A DNA stretch of 55,804 nucleotides, counting the filler, from Barthelona sp. PAP020 (Eukaryota), in NCBI GenBank assembly GCA_040182905.1. It is 2 parts of 2 records of this genome, joined end to end, with 100 filler letters (N's around TTAATTAATTAA, not from the genome) between each part and the next. Parts side by side here need not be neighbours in the genome. Positions count along the whole stretch, not along the records: positions 27,970 to 55,804 come from JARQWU010000128.1; 1 more part is not named here. The stretch is one strand, 5' to 3'. Both the position numbers and the translations under genes were made by a program. Under the pieces are notes generated by a model. The model ran no database searches and was not told the DNA's origin. It saw only the letters and a program-made list of their open reading frames with translations. The number at the start of each line of letters is the position of its first letter. The first letter of the stretch is position 1. Positions 32,284-41,737 of the stretch are shown piece after piece.

Positions 32284-34512
32284 TTACAGGTCTGAAGCTA
32301 TGAATTCTTGGATTGGAACATTTTCTTTATTGCTTTTCCAACCACTACACAACAAACGAGTTCCATCATGGTTGAGGGCCATAGTACAAATAGCAAAAGG
32401 TACTTTCACTTTCTGCAACACTTGACCAGTTTCTCTTCGAATCACAGCAAATGATTTGTCATATGAACCAGAATAGATCAATGAACCATCTTGGGAGAAG
32501 ATGATTGAGTATATCCACCAATCATGAACCTTGTACTTTCCCAACAACTCTTTAGATTCAACATCAAATATCCTGACTGTACCAACTTCATCACCTGTCG
32601 CCCAATAAGCACCATCGGGCGAGAAGTTGCCTGAGTTGACCTGCTTTCCATCATGGCTCCACGTATGAAGCACTTCATATGTCTCCAATAAAAACAACTT
32701 TGAACATCCATCCTCACTGACAGAAGCAAAGTACTTCATGTCGGGGCTGATACGTATAGATCTAACAAAATCTTCATGAGCTCGAGATTCATGCAACTTC
32801 TGTGCTTCGACCGTGTATATGCCAATGTAACCATTTCGCATGCCAAAAGAAAGCAATTTGCCATCTGGTGACAACCAAACATGTCTTACATCCCTTGCCA
32901 TGCCCCCAATTATTCTTACTGTTCTCCAAGTATTAACCTCAATGATATGAATTCCTTTATAATAACCACCAACAACCAACAGCTTGGAGTCTGGACTGAA
33001 ATTGAGACCCTTAGCCATTAAATACTTCCCTTCATGCACAATTTCATGTGTTTCAGAGTTGTAGACTCGGAAAATTTTATCATCACGTCCCGAAACCGCA
33101 AAAAAGCGTCCATCAGGGCTGTAATCAAGGGCATAAACATATGTATCAGGAAAATCTTCACTAAACCCAGGCCTTTCTTTAAATCTTTCGACTGCATGAA
33201 CAATTTCCTTTCTGTTTTCAGCTGGTTGTTGTCCATCACTGTTGTTCATAAGATCATTCAATTGGTCAGTTAAATCAGTTGAAACAAGTTGTTTTCCCTC
33301 ATTGTTATTCATAAGTTCATTCAATTGGTTTGTCAAATGATCGACTTGATTTGTTAATTCTTGATTCTTGTTCATCCATTTCTCTTCATTAGCTTTCAAC
33401 TTGCCATTTTCATGGATTAATTCTTGTTTTTCATTCATCCATTTCTCTTCTATCGTCTTAAAATCATCAACCTTCCTGGTCAAACTCTGAATTCTCTCTT
33501 CATACCCAGTTTTTTCTAAAAGCCAACTGTTCTTTTCCTCTTCCAAAGTTGTAACTCTCTTCACCAACCTCTTCTCGTCGAATCCTAACCCCTCGAAACG
33601 CTCAATAAGCATCTGCAAATACTCAGTGATCTCACTGAATGTTGGCCTGGCATCTGCCTCAACATTCAAACACCTCTTGATGATTCCAAACCCAGGTATT
33701 GTATCCAATAATTCTTGAGCATACGGAAGTTGACCCTTGATCAATTTTGCTATGACTTTCAACTCACTCAACCCCTCAAAAGGAACAAAACCAGATACTA
33801 CTTGAGCCAACATAACACCAAAAGACCAGGCGTCAACAGCTGTTCCTATGATGTTTTCTTCTTCATTGGCCAACTCAGGAGCAGCATATCTCGCAGCACC
33901 CATCATGGAATTGGCGGAGCTCCTGCAAGTATCACGAACAAGCCCAAAATCGGCGATTGCAGGGGTATACACCCCATCTACACCATGTCTCAATAAAACA
34001 TTATTTGGCTTAAGATCCCTATGCATGACACCTTTCCCATGACAAAACTCAAGTGCAGATGAAACCTGCATCATAATAACCAACTTCTCCTTCAAAGATA
34101 ACTCTGGTATCATTTCCTCCAGATCTGCATCACAATACTCCATCACAACAGCCTTTTTGTACTCAATCTCAGTAACTCCAAATACCTGACGAATAAATGG
34201 GTGATTTAAAACCATGGGAAAGCATTCTCTGGTAAATTCATCAGCAGTAGTTTTTTCAACTTTATCAACAAAGACTTTCAAAACTACCATCTTTCCATGT
34301 CTTTTGGCAAGATGTAAGAGCCCAAATCCACCTATTCTGAAGTTACTTTCTACTATTTCAAACTCCCCTCCTGGTATATTGATGTCATTCGATTTCAAAA
34401 AATTATCCAATTTTTCAAAAGCATCTTCTTCTGGTTCTTTAACAATTTTTTTGCGGTTCTTTGAACGTTGTTCAAGTTCGTGTGACCCTTGATTTTCTTC
34501 GAAGGTGAACAT
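32284..34512 (-). CDS. Protein kinase (TKL-like) - coiled coil - 7-blade WD40 protein, paralogue B
   Basis: Colinear with 24278-26431. Start placed at MFTFEE (34512) by homology to MFTFQE; an upstream ATG exists at 34551. GGFG, VVLK, HRDLKPNNVLL, ADFGL, YAAPE. Confidence 0.9.
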   Translation of the reverse strand: MFTFEENQGSHELEQRSKNRKKIVKEPEEDAFEKLDNFLKSNDINIPGGEFEIVESNFRIGGFGLLHLAKRHGKMVVLKVFVDKVEKTTADEFTRECFPMVLNHPFIRQVFGVTEIEYKKAVVMEYCDADLEEMIPELSLKEKLVIMMQVSSALEFCHGKGVMHRDLKPNNVLLRHGVDGVYTPAIADFGLVRDTCRSSANSMMGAARYAAPELANEEENIIGTAVDAWSFGVMLAQVVSGFVPFEGLSELKVIAKLIKGQLPYAQELLDTIPGFGIIKRCLNVEADARPTFSEITEYLQMLIERFEGLGFDEKRLVKRVTTLEEEKNSWLLEKTGYEERIQSLTRKVDDFKTIEEKWMNEKQELIHENGKLKANEEKWMNKNQELTNQVDHLTNQLNELMNNNEGKQLVSTDLTDQLNDLMNNSDGQQPAENRKEIVHAVERFKERPGFSEDFPDTYVYALDYSPDGRFFAVSGRDDKIFRVYNSETHEIVHEGKYLMAKGLNFSPDSKLLVVGGYYKGIHIIEVNTWRTVRIIGGMARDVRHVWLSPDGKLLSFGMRNGYIGIYTVEAQKLHESRAHEDFVRSIRISPDMKYFASVSEDGCSKLFLLETYEVLHTWSHDGKQVNSGNFSPDGAYWATGDEVGTVRIFDVESKELLGKYKVHDWWIYSIIFSQDGSLIYSGSYDKSFAVIRRETGQVLQKVKVPFAICTMALNHDGTRLLCSGWKSNKENVPIQEFIASDL

Positions 34513-35008
34513 GGGTAAAAAAAGTGTGAAATGTTGAAAAATATTTTTCATCTTTTTTTTTTAGCTTTCTGTTGGAATTCAATTTATTATCCATTGTTAT
34601 TTACCTGAAAAGAACTTTTTTGAGAAATTTTGGTTTTTGATTTCCAAAGAATGTGATTTCAAAAACCGTGGAATTTATAAATATAAACATCACTCAAGAT
34701 ATTTTGAGGTCTTTTTCCTGTCAAAAATATGTCTTAATGTGGATAAACTTCAAATGAAATATTTTGTTTGGTTTACATGTCAAAATAGAACAGACATGCT
34801 TATTTCTGATTAAATGTGTTAAATGGAAATAGTTAAAACATTTCTACCAATAAATATGATAGTTTCACAACCAGACCAATTCTTAACGAGATTCCAAATA
34901 TTATATCCGAATATACACTATTCTCTTTTATTCATTCAAAACGCACAGACTTATTGGTTTGGAAATAATAAAAAAATTAAAAATTCTTTTCTTAAAGTTT
35001 ACAAATCA

Positions 35009-37072
35009 TTAGTTGAATCTTTGGGGAGGAACTCCATATTGCATTGATTCAACAGTAATTTTTCCAGCTTCTTGACTCATATCTGGACCATCAAAAACAA
35101 ATTGACAGTTTTGCTGGACTTTTTGTAATTCAGCTTCAGATTTTTCCAAACGTTGGAACCAGCACCAAGTTAAGAAAGTGGCATCAACAATATTCTCTAA
35201 TAATCCCATAACTAAAACAGCTACTGCAAAACCAATAAGGGCAGCAATAAGAGAAACGATTTGCCAATATGTAACGGTACTTTCTTTAGGTAAGTTATTG
35301 CAGTAGAAATAAAGAACCAATCCATTCATGGCAGCGACAGCAATCTTTCCCAAGAATAATAAGAAATCACCGATGAAATTAACAGCAGTAGCTTTAGCGG
35401 CATTTTCAACAATCAATGAAAATCCTTCCATGGCAGAACCACAGAAACTTCCACCCTTAATAGCAATCATGATGTAAGCATTCTTAGAAATATATCTATA
35501 AATTTTTTCAACAATAGCAAGACAACATTCGATACAGCAAAGAGCAGCTTCTGTCAATTTCTTAACTTGTTCGCTTTGATTGGTAACTTCTTTGAGTTTA
35601 TATCTAACATAGAGGACCAATAACCTGATAATAATGATAATTGCCAAAATAAAAGAACCAAAGGCCAAAGAACCAAGGTTATACTTAAGAGATCTGAAAA
35701 GCGAATGAGAAACAACAGAGAATTTTCCAACCAATTCAGCACCTCCTAAAGTAGCAGCGACAGCAACACCAGCAGTGGTCATTGAATAAAGTGCAGCATT
35801 AAAACATAATAACCAAATCATACCTACAAATTCAACGCCCAAGAAAATACGTAGAATAGTTGAATAATAAAAATCACGACGACCTGCCAAATAATTCATG
35901 GCATTTGTGGGTGTTCCCAAAAGTAAAAGAGCATATCCAGTAAAAGCAAGAGAAAGAACATCAAGAATTACAATAAAAACAGGCAAAAACAATAGTCTTT
36001 TCACATTAAACAAAACATCGCAAGCACCTTCAATAACAGAAATAGAGTGAGTTAAAGCTCGGGCACAGCACTCGAGGAAAAATACCAACAAGAACAAAAT
36101 AACGGTAATTACAGTAAGTGTAACACCAATGATTTGAGATAATGTACGAGTAGACATTTCTTCAACATATTTGTCAGGATTAACAATGCCAAAACCCTTA
36201 TCAAGATAAATATAAGAGAGGAAACCCAAACCACCAACGACGCCAATGACAGTGACCCAAACAAAGAGACCAGTACAACATCTAAGTAAAAAGATCCAAA
36301 TAAGGCAGAAAATAACAGAGAAAAAGACAGAAGCTAAAAGAATGGGACCACAAGTTTGGACAACATCCTTATAAATAGTTGAAGCAGAATTCTTACTCAT
36401 CATTGAAATCATTGTATCAGCCATGGCAGTTACAGCGGCACCAAGTTCTCCAGCTAAATCGGGAATACATCTTCCCATCACTGCATAAGAAGGATACAAA
36501 ACAATAACACTAATTTGATGATATGTTTTTAAAAAGTGAACATCAATACTATTTTCAGCATAAAAGTATCCGTTAAAAAGGGTATCATTGGTAGTAAAAG
36601 AACTACTGATCAAAATTGGTGTGACTTGAGTTGGACAAGTTTTAACACAACGACCCATACCAAAGGGATCAGCAATCTCGCCTTTTGAACTTTTGAAAAA
36701 ATCATAAAAGAATAAAGTTGGTCTATCAGTGACATTAATCTTGTAATTAGCAGTATTACCTAAAAGTGCATCACTATGAGAAGTACCCCATTCAGTAAAA
36801 TTTTTAACGCCTTGTTCAACCCATTTAGTATTGTTTTGACCACAAACATTACCAAATTCATCCATTGGATAATAAGCTTGTTCAATAGAACCGGAACCCA
36901 TACCATATATTAAACCAGCAACAAGAGCAAGCAAATATACAATAAAAAATAAACAACAGAAGCAATCAGCCAAAGAACGGTCATCCAATTGTTTTTGAAG
37001 ACCTTGATAGTACAATTTCTCTTCTTCATCTTCATCAAGGGGTTGAGTACCCATTTGATTCATTTCAGACAT
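35009..37072 (-). CDS. Choline transporter-like (CTL/SLC44) protein
   Basis: RSLADCFCCLFF, YPMDEFGNVCG, CVKTCP, GRCIP, YNLGSLAFGSFILA, YISKNAYIMIAIKGGSFCGSA, GDFLLFLGK; about 10 TM helices. Confidence 0.93.
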   Translation of the reverse strand: MSEMNQMGTQPLDEDEEEKLYYQGLQKQLDDRSLADCFCCLFFIVYLLALVAGLIYGMGSGSIEQAYYPMDEFGNVCGQNNTKWVEQGVKNFTEWGTSHSDALLGNTANYKINVTDRPTLFFYDFFKSSKGEIADPFGMGRCVKTCPTQVTPILISSSFTTNDTLFNGYFYAENSIDVHFLKTYHQISVIVLYPSYAVMGRCIPDLAGELGAAVTAMADTMISMMSKNSASTIYKDVVQTCGPILLASVFFSVIFCLIWIFLLRCCTGLFVWVTVIGVVGGLGFLSYIYLDKGFGIVNPDKYVEEMSTRTLSQIIGVTLTVITVILFLLVFFLECCARALTHSISVIEGACDVLFNVKRLLFLPVFIVILDVLSLAFTGYALLLLGTPTNAMNYLAGRRDFYYSTILRIFLGVEFVGMIWLLCFNAALYSMTTAGVAVAATLGGAELVGKFSVVSHSLFRSLKYNLGSLAFGSFILAIIIIIRLLVLYVRYKLKEVTNQSEQVKKLTEAALCCIECCLAIVEKIYRYISKNAYIMIAIKGGSFCGSAMEGFSLIVENAAKATAVNFIGDFLLFLGKIAVAAMNGLVLYFYCNNLPKESTVTYWQIVSLIAALIGFAVAVLVMGLLENIVDATFLTWCWFQRLEKSEAELQKVQQNCQFVFDGPDMSQEAGKITVESMQYGVPPQRFN

Positions 37073-37405
37073 CTCAATATAAGAAAAAAGTTAAATATGG
37101 AAAATTTTCCATTTCCCAAAATAGCCATTTTTAAAAATATCCCATTTTTTTTTGGCATTTCTAATTTTAACTATTCTATTTTATTATTTCTTTATTGTTA
37201 AATTTAAAAGAAAAGAATGCTGGATTGTATCAAAACAGAAAACATGAACAATAATTGATTTTCACATTTATGTTTCTTTTTATGTTGCTTTTAATATAAT
37301 TAAAAAAAAAAATAACCTGGAAGTGGCAAACTGTAAAAAAAAAAAATGAAGGTTCACAACCCAATTGATCGAAATTTTCCTATTCTTCCTTTTTCTCTCA
37401 AGATA

Positions 37406-37709
37406 CGGAACTTTTCCTTAACCTGCCCCCAAATTTTTGACCTGTCACGGTGAATGCATGAAAACTTGCACAATTAAGATAAATTTTAAAAATATCGGAG
37501 CGTTCAGCTCTTTTGAGCAATTTGTAATGCAGTATTTTACACCCCGCATAGGGGGGTAGCTCTCCTACGAAAGTCTATGAAAGAGCAGCTTTCAAAAAGA
37601 GAGGTTCCTTTCAGGAACGCTGGAACCCCCGAAAAGAATAAAGATTAAGGTTTATTATTTCAACTGAGATTCCCAGTCTCTGATTTGGGTAAGTTCTGGA
37701 AAAGTTCGC
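37406..37709. ncRNA. Candidate ~300-nt structured RNA or cis-regulatory RNA element; family and strand unassigned
   Basis: GC-enriched island in an AT-rich spacer. Terminal helix 37408-37417/37698-37707 and 37428-37434/37683-37689 encloses several hairpins and two crossing helices. Confidence 0.5.
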
Positions 37710-37903
37710 ACAAGAAGTAAAATAAAATGTAGTTTTTTGTTCATGAAAATGTTTATCGGTTTCGAATCCTTCCATTTATTCAAGAATATTAAAAAATAGA
37801 AATTAAGTGAGTGTTTTAAAATAATATTCATTTTTGCAAGTTGATCTTTTCAAAATGTTCGCAATGATATTGCCAAGTAAATAATGAAAGAATTTAGATT
37901 TTT

Positions 37904-38740
37904 ATGAACAGTGATTTTAATGATTCTTTAAGTCACATTGATCCTTCAGATTTAAGTTCATATTTGGATCTTCAGAATTTGGATAATTATTCAAATACAA
38001 ATTCTCCAGGTATTAGTCCTATGACTTCTCCTTTTTCAACTAGTTCTCAGCAACAATATTATTATTATCCTCCAATACCATATTCTAATCAAAGTTCCTA
38101 TTCTAATTTTTCCCCTGATTCGTCAAACATGTCTTATTCAAATCAATATGAAGAGATTCCAATGATAAATTTACCTTTACTAAGATCAGATTATGATTAT
38201 TCAAATCGATTTCAAGACCAATCATTGTTTCAGGAAAATCAAATCGATGAAACAACAAGGGTGGATCTTCCTTCATTTGAGTTTCATGATGACAAATCTG
38301 AATATTCTGTGTATGGAGTATCTCCTATGACTAATCCATTTCCCCCTGTTAAAACTGAAGACCAATTATCATATTATGGTGGAGATGTGGGAATTGGAAC
38401 TGAAGAAATTTTTTATCCTCCTCAGTTAACTGAATTGAATGAAGATATGGATGAATTTCCTTACAATTTACCCTGCATGTACATTGAAAATACAAAAATT
38501 CCTTTTCCCATACCCTCTCGAAGTATTGGGGATTATTCACCGAAATCTCATCTAAGACGCATTTTAAAATTGCGAGATCAAAGAAAACTTCGATTCTTTG
38601 GAAAACGTATCAGATATGATGTGCGAAGAAAGGTTGCAATCGCTCGAAATAGATCACATGGTCGATTTACAAAAACAGTACAAAAAATTACTGCGGCTAC
38701 ATTTGATAAGGAACAAAAAAAAAGAAAAAAACGTGTTTAG
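37904..38740 (+). CDS. CCT-domain (CONSTANS/CO-like/TOC1 motif) protein, putative transcription regulator
   Basis: C-terminal RRILKLRDQRKLRFFGKRIRYDVRRKVAIARNRSHGRFTK fits the CCT consensus (R..RY.EKRK.R.F.KKIRY..RK..A..RPR.KGRF). S/Y/P/acidic N-terminus; terminal KKRKKR NLS. Confidence 0.8.
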   Translation: MNSDFNDSLSHIDPSDLSSYLDLQNLDNYSNTNSPGISPMTSPFSTSSQQQYYYYPPIPYSNQSSYSNFSPDSSNMSYSNQYEEIPMINLPLLRSDYDYSNRFQDQSLFQENQIDETTRVDLPSFEFHDDKSEYSVYGVSPMTNPFPPVKTEDQLSYYGGDVGIGTEEIFYPPQLTELNEDMDEFPYNLPCMYIENTKIPFPIPSRSIGDYSPKSHLRRILKLRDQRKLRFFGKRIRYDVRRKVAIARNRSHGRFTKTVQKITAATFDKEQKKRKKRV

Positions 38741-38766
38741 TCTTTATCAACTGTAGTATAACTTGA

Positions 38767-39759
38767 TTAAAAAACAGGACTATCGTTTATTGCTAATTCA
38801 TGCAAATTGATATCATTTGGTTGTGCAGTTGGCAATTCAAATGCTTGCTTCAATACTTCTACTTGCTCAATTGTTAAACTTGGAGGAACATTGTTGAATA
38901 TATAAAGAAAGTATTGGTAAGCATTTTCAGTTTCGCCAATGTTCTTTTTGTTCACCTCAAAAACTGAACTTGATATTTGTTGCACGATTTCATTATCAAC
39001 TCCTAAAAAATAGCATGTTGCCATTGCAATTACCCCAGGATAAAATAGAAATGGCGCATCAGACAAATAAACTTCAATCAATCTTAATTCTGCGATTCTA
39101 TTCAATTCATTTGTGTATTGCTTTGCCATATGCTCATTTTCAACAGAAGGAATCAATGAAACTATCATTTTAATTAATTCCTGCATTTGTTCCCAAGGAT
39201 GCCAAAACCAAATATGAAATTTGCTTTGGGTCAAAAGACCGATTTCTATTTCTTTGTACACTTTTGAATTCATTTTAAAAAATTTACACAACTTTGTAAA
39301 CTCAAATATCCTCTCTTCTTCAATTTTAGATGCCAAATATATGCAACAACCAATGATGACAAAAGGATCAATTGATGGTTGCCAAAACGTTCTAGTTAAA
39401 AAATATCTTTTAAAAAGAGTTAAAGCGGACAAAGTTGTTATGATTGATAAAGTATTTTGTTCTTTAAATGATTTCTTTTTTGTTTCAATTATAAAATTGT
39501 CGATCAATTGATGATCATCTGGAATTTCATCATCATCATGAATCATTCTGCATAATTTAACCAATAATCGTTCATAATGTCGTAATAATCCATTAATGGA
39601 CATCATCCATTGATTATAATCTTGTTCTGACATTTCTTCATTTCTTGAATCTGGATATTTTTCATGAAACGCTTCTAAAAACACATTTTTTCGTTTTTCT
39701 TGTATTTCAATTTGAGTAAATAACCAATATTGTCCTTGTTTTGATTTTGAAAAGACCAT
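38767..39759 (-). CDS. CCNH: Cyclin H-like (CAK/TFIIH) transcriptional cyclin
   Basis: ATG at 39759; N-terminal FSKSKQGQYWLF; cyclin box LFKRYFL, CIYLASKIEE, EIGLLTQSKFHIWFWHPW, SDAPFLFYPGVIAMA. Cyclin C not fully excluded. Confidence 0.75.
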   Translation of the reverse strand: MVFSKSKQGQYWLFTQIEIQEKRKNVFLEAFHEKYPDSRNEEMSEQDYNQWMMSINGLLRHYERLLVKLCRMIHDDDEIPDDHQLIDNFIIETKKKSFKEQNTLSIITTLSALTLFKRYFLTRTFWQPSIDPFVIIGCCIYLASKIEEERIFEFTKLCKFFKMNSKVYKEIEIGLLTQSKFHIWFWHPWEQMQELIKMIVSLIPSVENEHMAKQYTNELNRIAELRLIEVYLSDAPFLFYPGVIAMATCYFLGVDNEIVQQISSSVFEVNKKNIGETENAYQYFLYIFNNVPPSLTIEQVEVLKQAFELPTAQPNDINLHELAINDSPVF

Positions 39760-40096
39760 TTCCAAAAAGAAAAAGAACTCCTTCCATTTATCAAATTTTA
39801 ATCACATGAGTTTCATTTACTGACTTTTATTGTTTTCATTTTATAAAAGAGAAGATTTTAAATTTGAAAAATTTGAATAATGATGGAAAAAAAGTTTTTT
39901 TTGCATTAAATTTGAATGATTTTTCTTGTTATTGTCACACAAATTAATGAAAAAAGGATGAAATGAATTTCTTTGCTATTAATTTTACATATAAAAAAAC
40001 AATTAAATTGTCTTTAAGAAAAACGTAACTCAAATTGTTTTGCCTGATTTTTTTTATTCTTTAACAATTAATTTTTTTCTTGTGTCATTATAATTG

Positions 40097-41542
40097 ATGA
40101 TAAAAAGTACTCGACGAAAGGAGTATACACGAAATTCAATTAGTTTTAATAGATTAAACAAGAAATCTAGTCCTGAAACAAACGAAAATTATTTTCAATC
40201 TTGGAGTTCTCAAAATTCATCTACTAATTCTGATTCTGAAGAGCAAAGTTTTGAAAAAGAAAAATCAAATGAAATAGAAAAGAACAGATTTAGTTTAATT
40301 ATGGATGAACCTTCGCCATTAAAAAAAACACCAAGTATGGAATCTCCCATGATTAAAACAAAAATTGTAAGTATTGCTGGACAACGTAAACGTAGAATGA
40401 TTTCCAATATGGTTGAAGATTATCATTTTTTGCTAAATCTTCTCAAATCCTTTGATTCTTTATATATATCTAAAAAAACAATGATTTTAGAAGGGTTAAT
40501 AGAAAAAATGGATATTTTAAAGATCTTAAATAGTGATGAACAAAAGAATATTTTAAAATTGATTAAATCGATTGTTAATCAAGATCCCTTCTTTGGACTC
40601 TTTTTAATTATATGTATTAGTTTAAAATATCCATCGATTTTTGATTCTTCAATCATTTTAACTGTATCCAAACTTAGTACTTCATCAACATTGGCCAAAG
40701 AAATTAATTCATCTCAATCTCATGTTGAAATGTATTGTAAGATATTAAATATTCCACAAGGAAGTTGGAAGCATTATTCATGTTTGAGTCTGTCATTATT
40801 ATCGTTTGATCGTGTGAATAAATTCTTGGTATCCAAAACGACCTTGTTTAATAGCATTGTTGACACATTAGAAATACAAATTAAGGAATTAGAAGAAGGA
40901 GAATTATGTTTGATAGCAAAACATCTTGAAAATTCTTTAGTCATTAGAAAATTAGTATTGATAGATGATTTATACAGTCTTTTATTTGATCATATCAAAG
41001 AAACTGATCAATATGTTGGTTTAACGATGATTCAAGAAATAATTATGAAGAAATTGTTGGTAAATGAATGTAAAATTACTCATATTATTAATTGTAACGA
41101 AATATATGAAAATGTTGAAGAAAACTATGTGAAAAAATTAATTTTAACTTTAATTATCCTGTTTTTAAATAATTTACTCACAACAAATCATAAAACACAT
41201 TTTGATGGTGAAATTATTCATTTTTCCCAAATTTCCAATATTTTGAATGATCTAATCGTTTCACAAGAAGAATTTGATTGGACCATTTTTTGTTTTATTT
41301 CGTATATTGTTTGTTTCATACTATTTATCAATAATAATGAAGCAAATGAAACTTATGTTATTAACAAGGATTGGAGCTATCTATGCACAAAATTTCAAGT
41401 TGATATCAGTTTACTTAAAAAAGTTTTGATAAGGGGATTTAATATTTTTGCTAAACGAATTGAATCAAATCGATTAAAGGAGAAATTTAATGAAGTAAAG
41501 AATGCTAATCTCCTTTCAATTGATATTGATGAAGAAACTTAA
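40097..41542 (+). CDS. Hypothetical helical-repeat protein, weakly WAPL-like
   Basis: ATG at 40097. Basic N-terminus (KEYTRN), disordered Ser-rich region, then AGQ..VEDYHFLLNLL loosely resembling the start of the WAPL domain, followed by HEAT-like helices. The CDS is solid; the identity is weak. Confidence 0.35.
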   Translation: MIKSTRRKEYTRNSISFNRLNKKSSPETNENYFQSWSSQNSSTNSDSEEQSFEKEKSNEIEKNRFSLIMDEPSPLKKTPSMESPMIKTKIVSIAGQRKRRMISNMVEDYHFLLNLLKSFDSLYISKKTMILEGLIEKMDILKILNSDEQKNILKLIKSIVNQDPFFGLFLIICISLKYPSIFDSSIILTVSKLSTSSTLAKEINSSQSHVEMYCKILNIPQGSWKHYSCLSLSLLSFDRVNKFLVSKTTLFNSIVDTLEIQIKELEEGELCLIAKHLENSLVIRKLVLIDDLYSLLFDHIKETDQYVGLTMIQEIIMKKLLVNECKITHIINCNEIYENVEENYVKKLILTLIILFLNNLLTTNHKTHFDGEIIHFSQISNILNDLIVSQEEFDWTIFCFISYIVCFILFINNNEANETYVINKDWSYLCTKFQVDISLLKKVLIRGFNIFAKRIESNRLKEKFNEVKNANLLSIDIDEET

Positions 41543-41737
41543 ATAATAAAATGTCTTCTTTTTCTTTTTATTTTTTATTACCTTGAAAGAAGTTTTTTTA
41601 CTCCAATAGTTTAACTCAAAACAATAAATATTCAAATTTCGAATAAAATTGCAGTTCAAAACAACATTTTTTTTTTTCCTTTGAAAAAAATTTTGTATTT
41701 AATTTTTATGATGATTGTTTATTGATTTTTCAATAGA

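Noticed and set aside
37412..37440. U12-type branch-like TTTTCCTTAAC, Sm-like AATTTTTG, and U1-like ACTTACC on minus at 37688-37694
   Set aside because: No U12 5' splice site or interrupted gene nearby, the other snRNA hallmarks are absent, and these motifs lie within or abut the paired terminal helix.
37569..37593. SRP helix-8-like GAGCAGC and RNase P/MRP CR-I-like GAAAGTC
   Set aside because: The CAGG partner and apical stem of SRP helix 8 are missing and no CR-V partner for P4 was found, so no family was assigned.
37664..37707. TPP-riboswitch-like string CTGAGA..CCC..CTGAT.TGG.TAA
   Set aside because: No P5 stem or following GCG, and no P4 partner; the segment pairs better in the long terminal helix.
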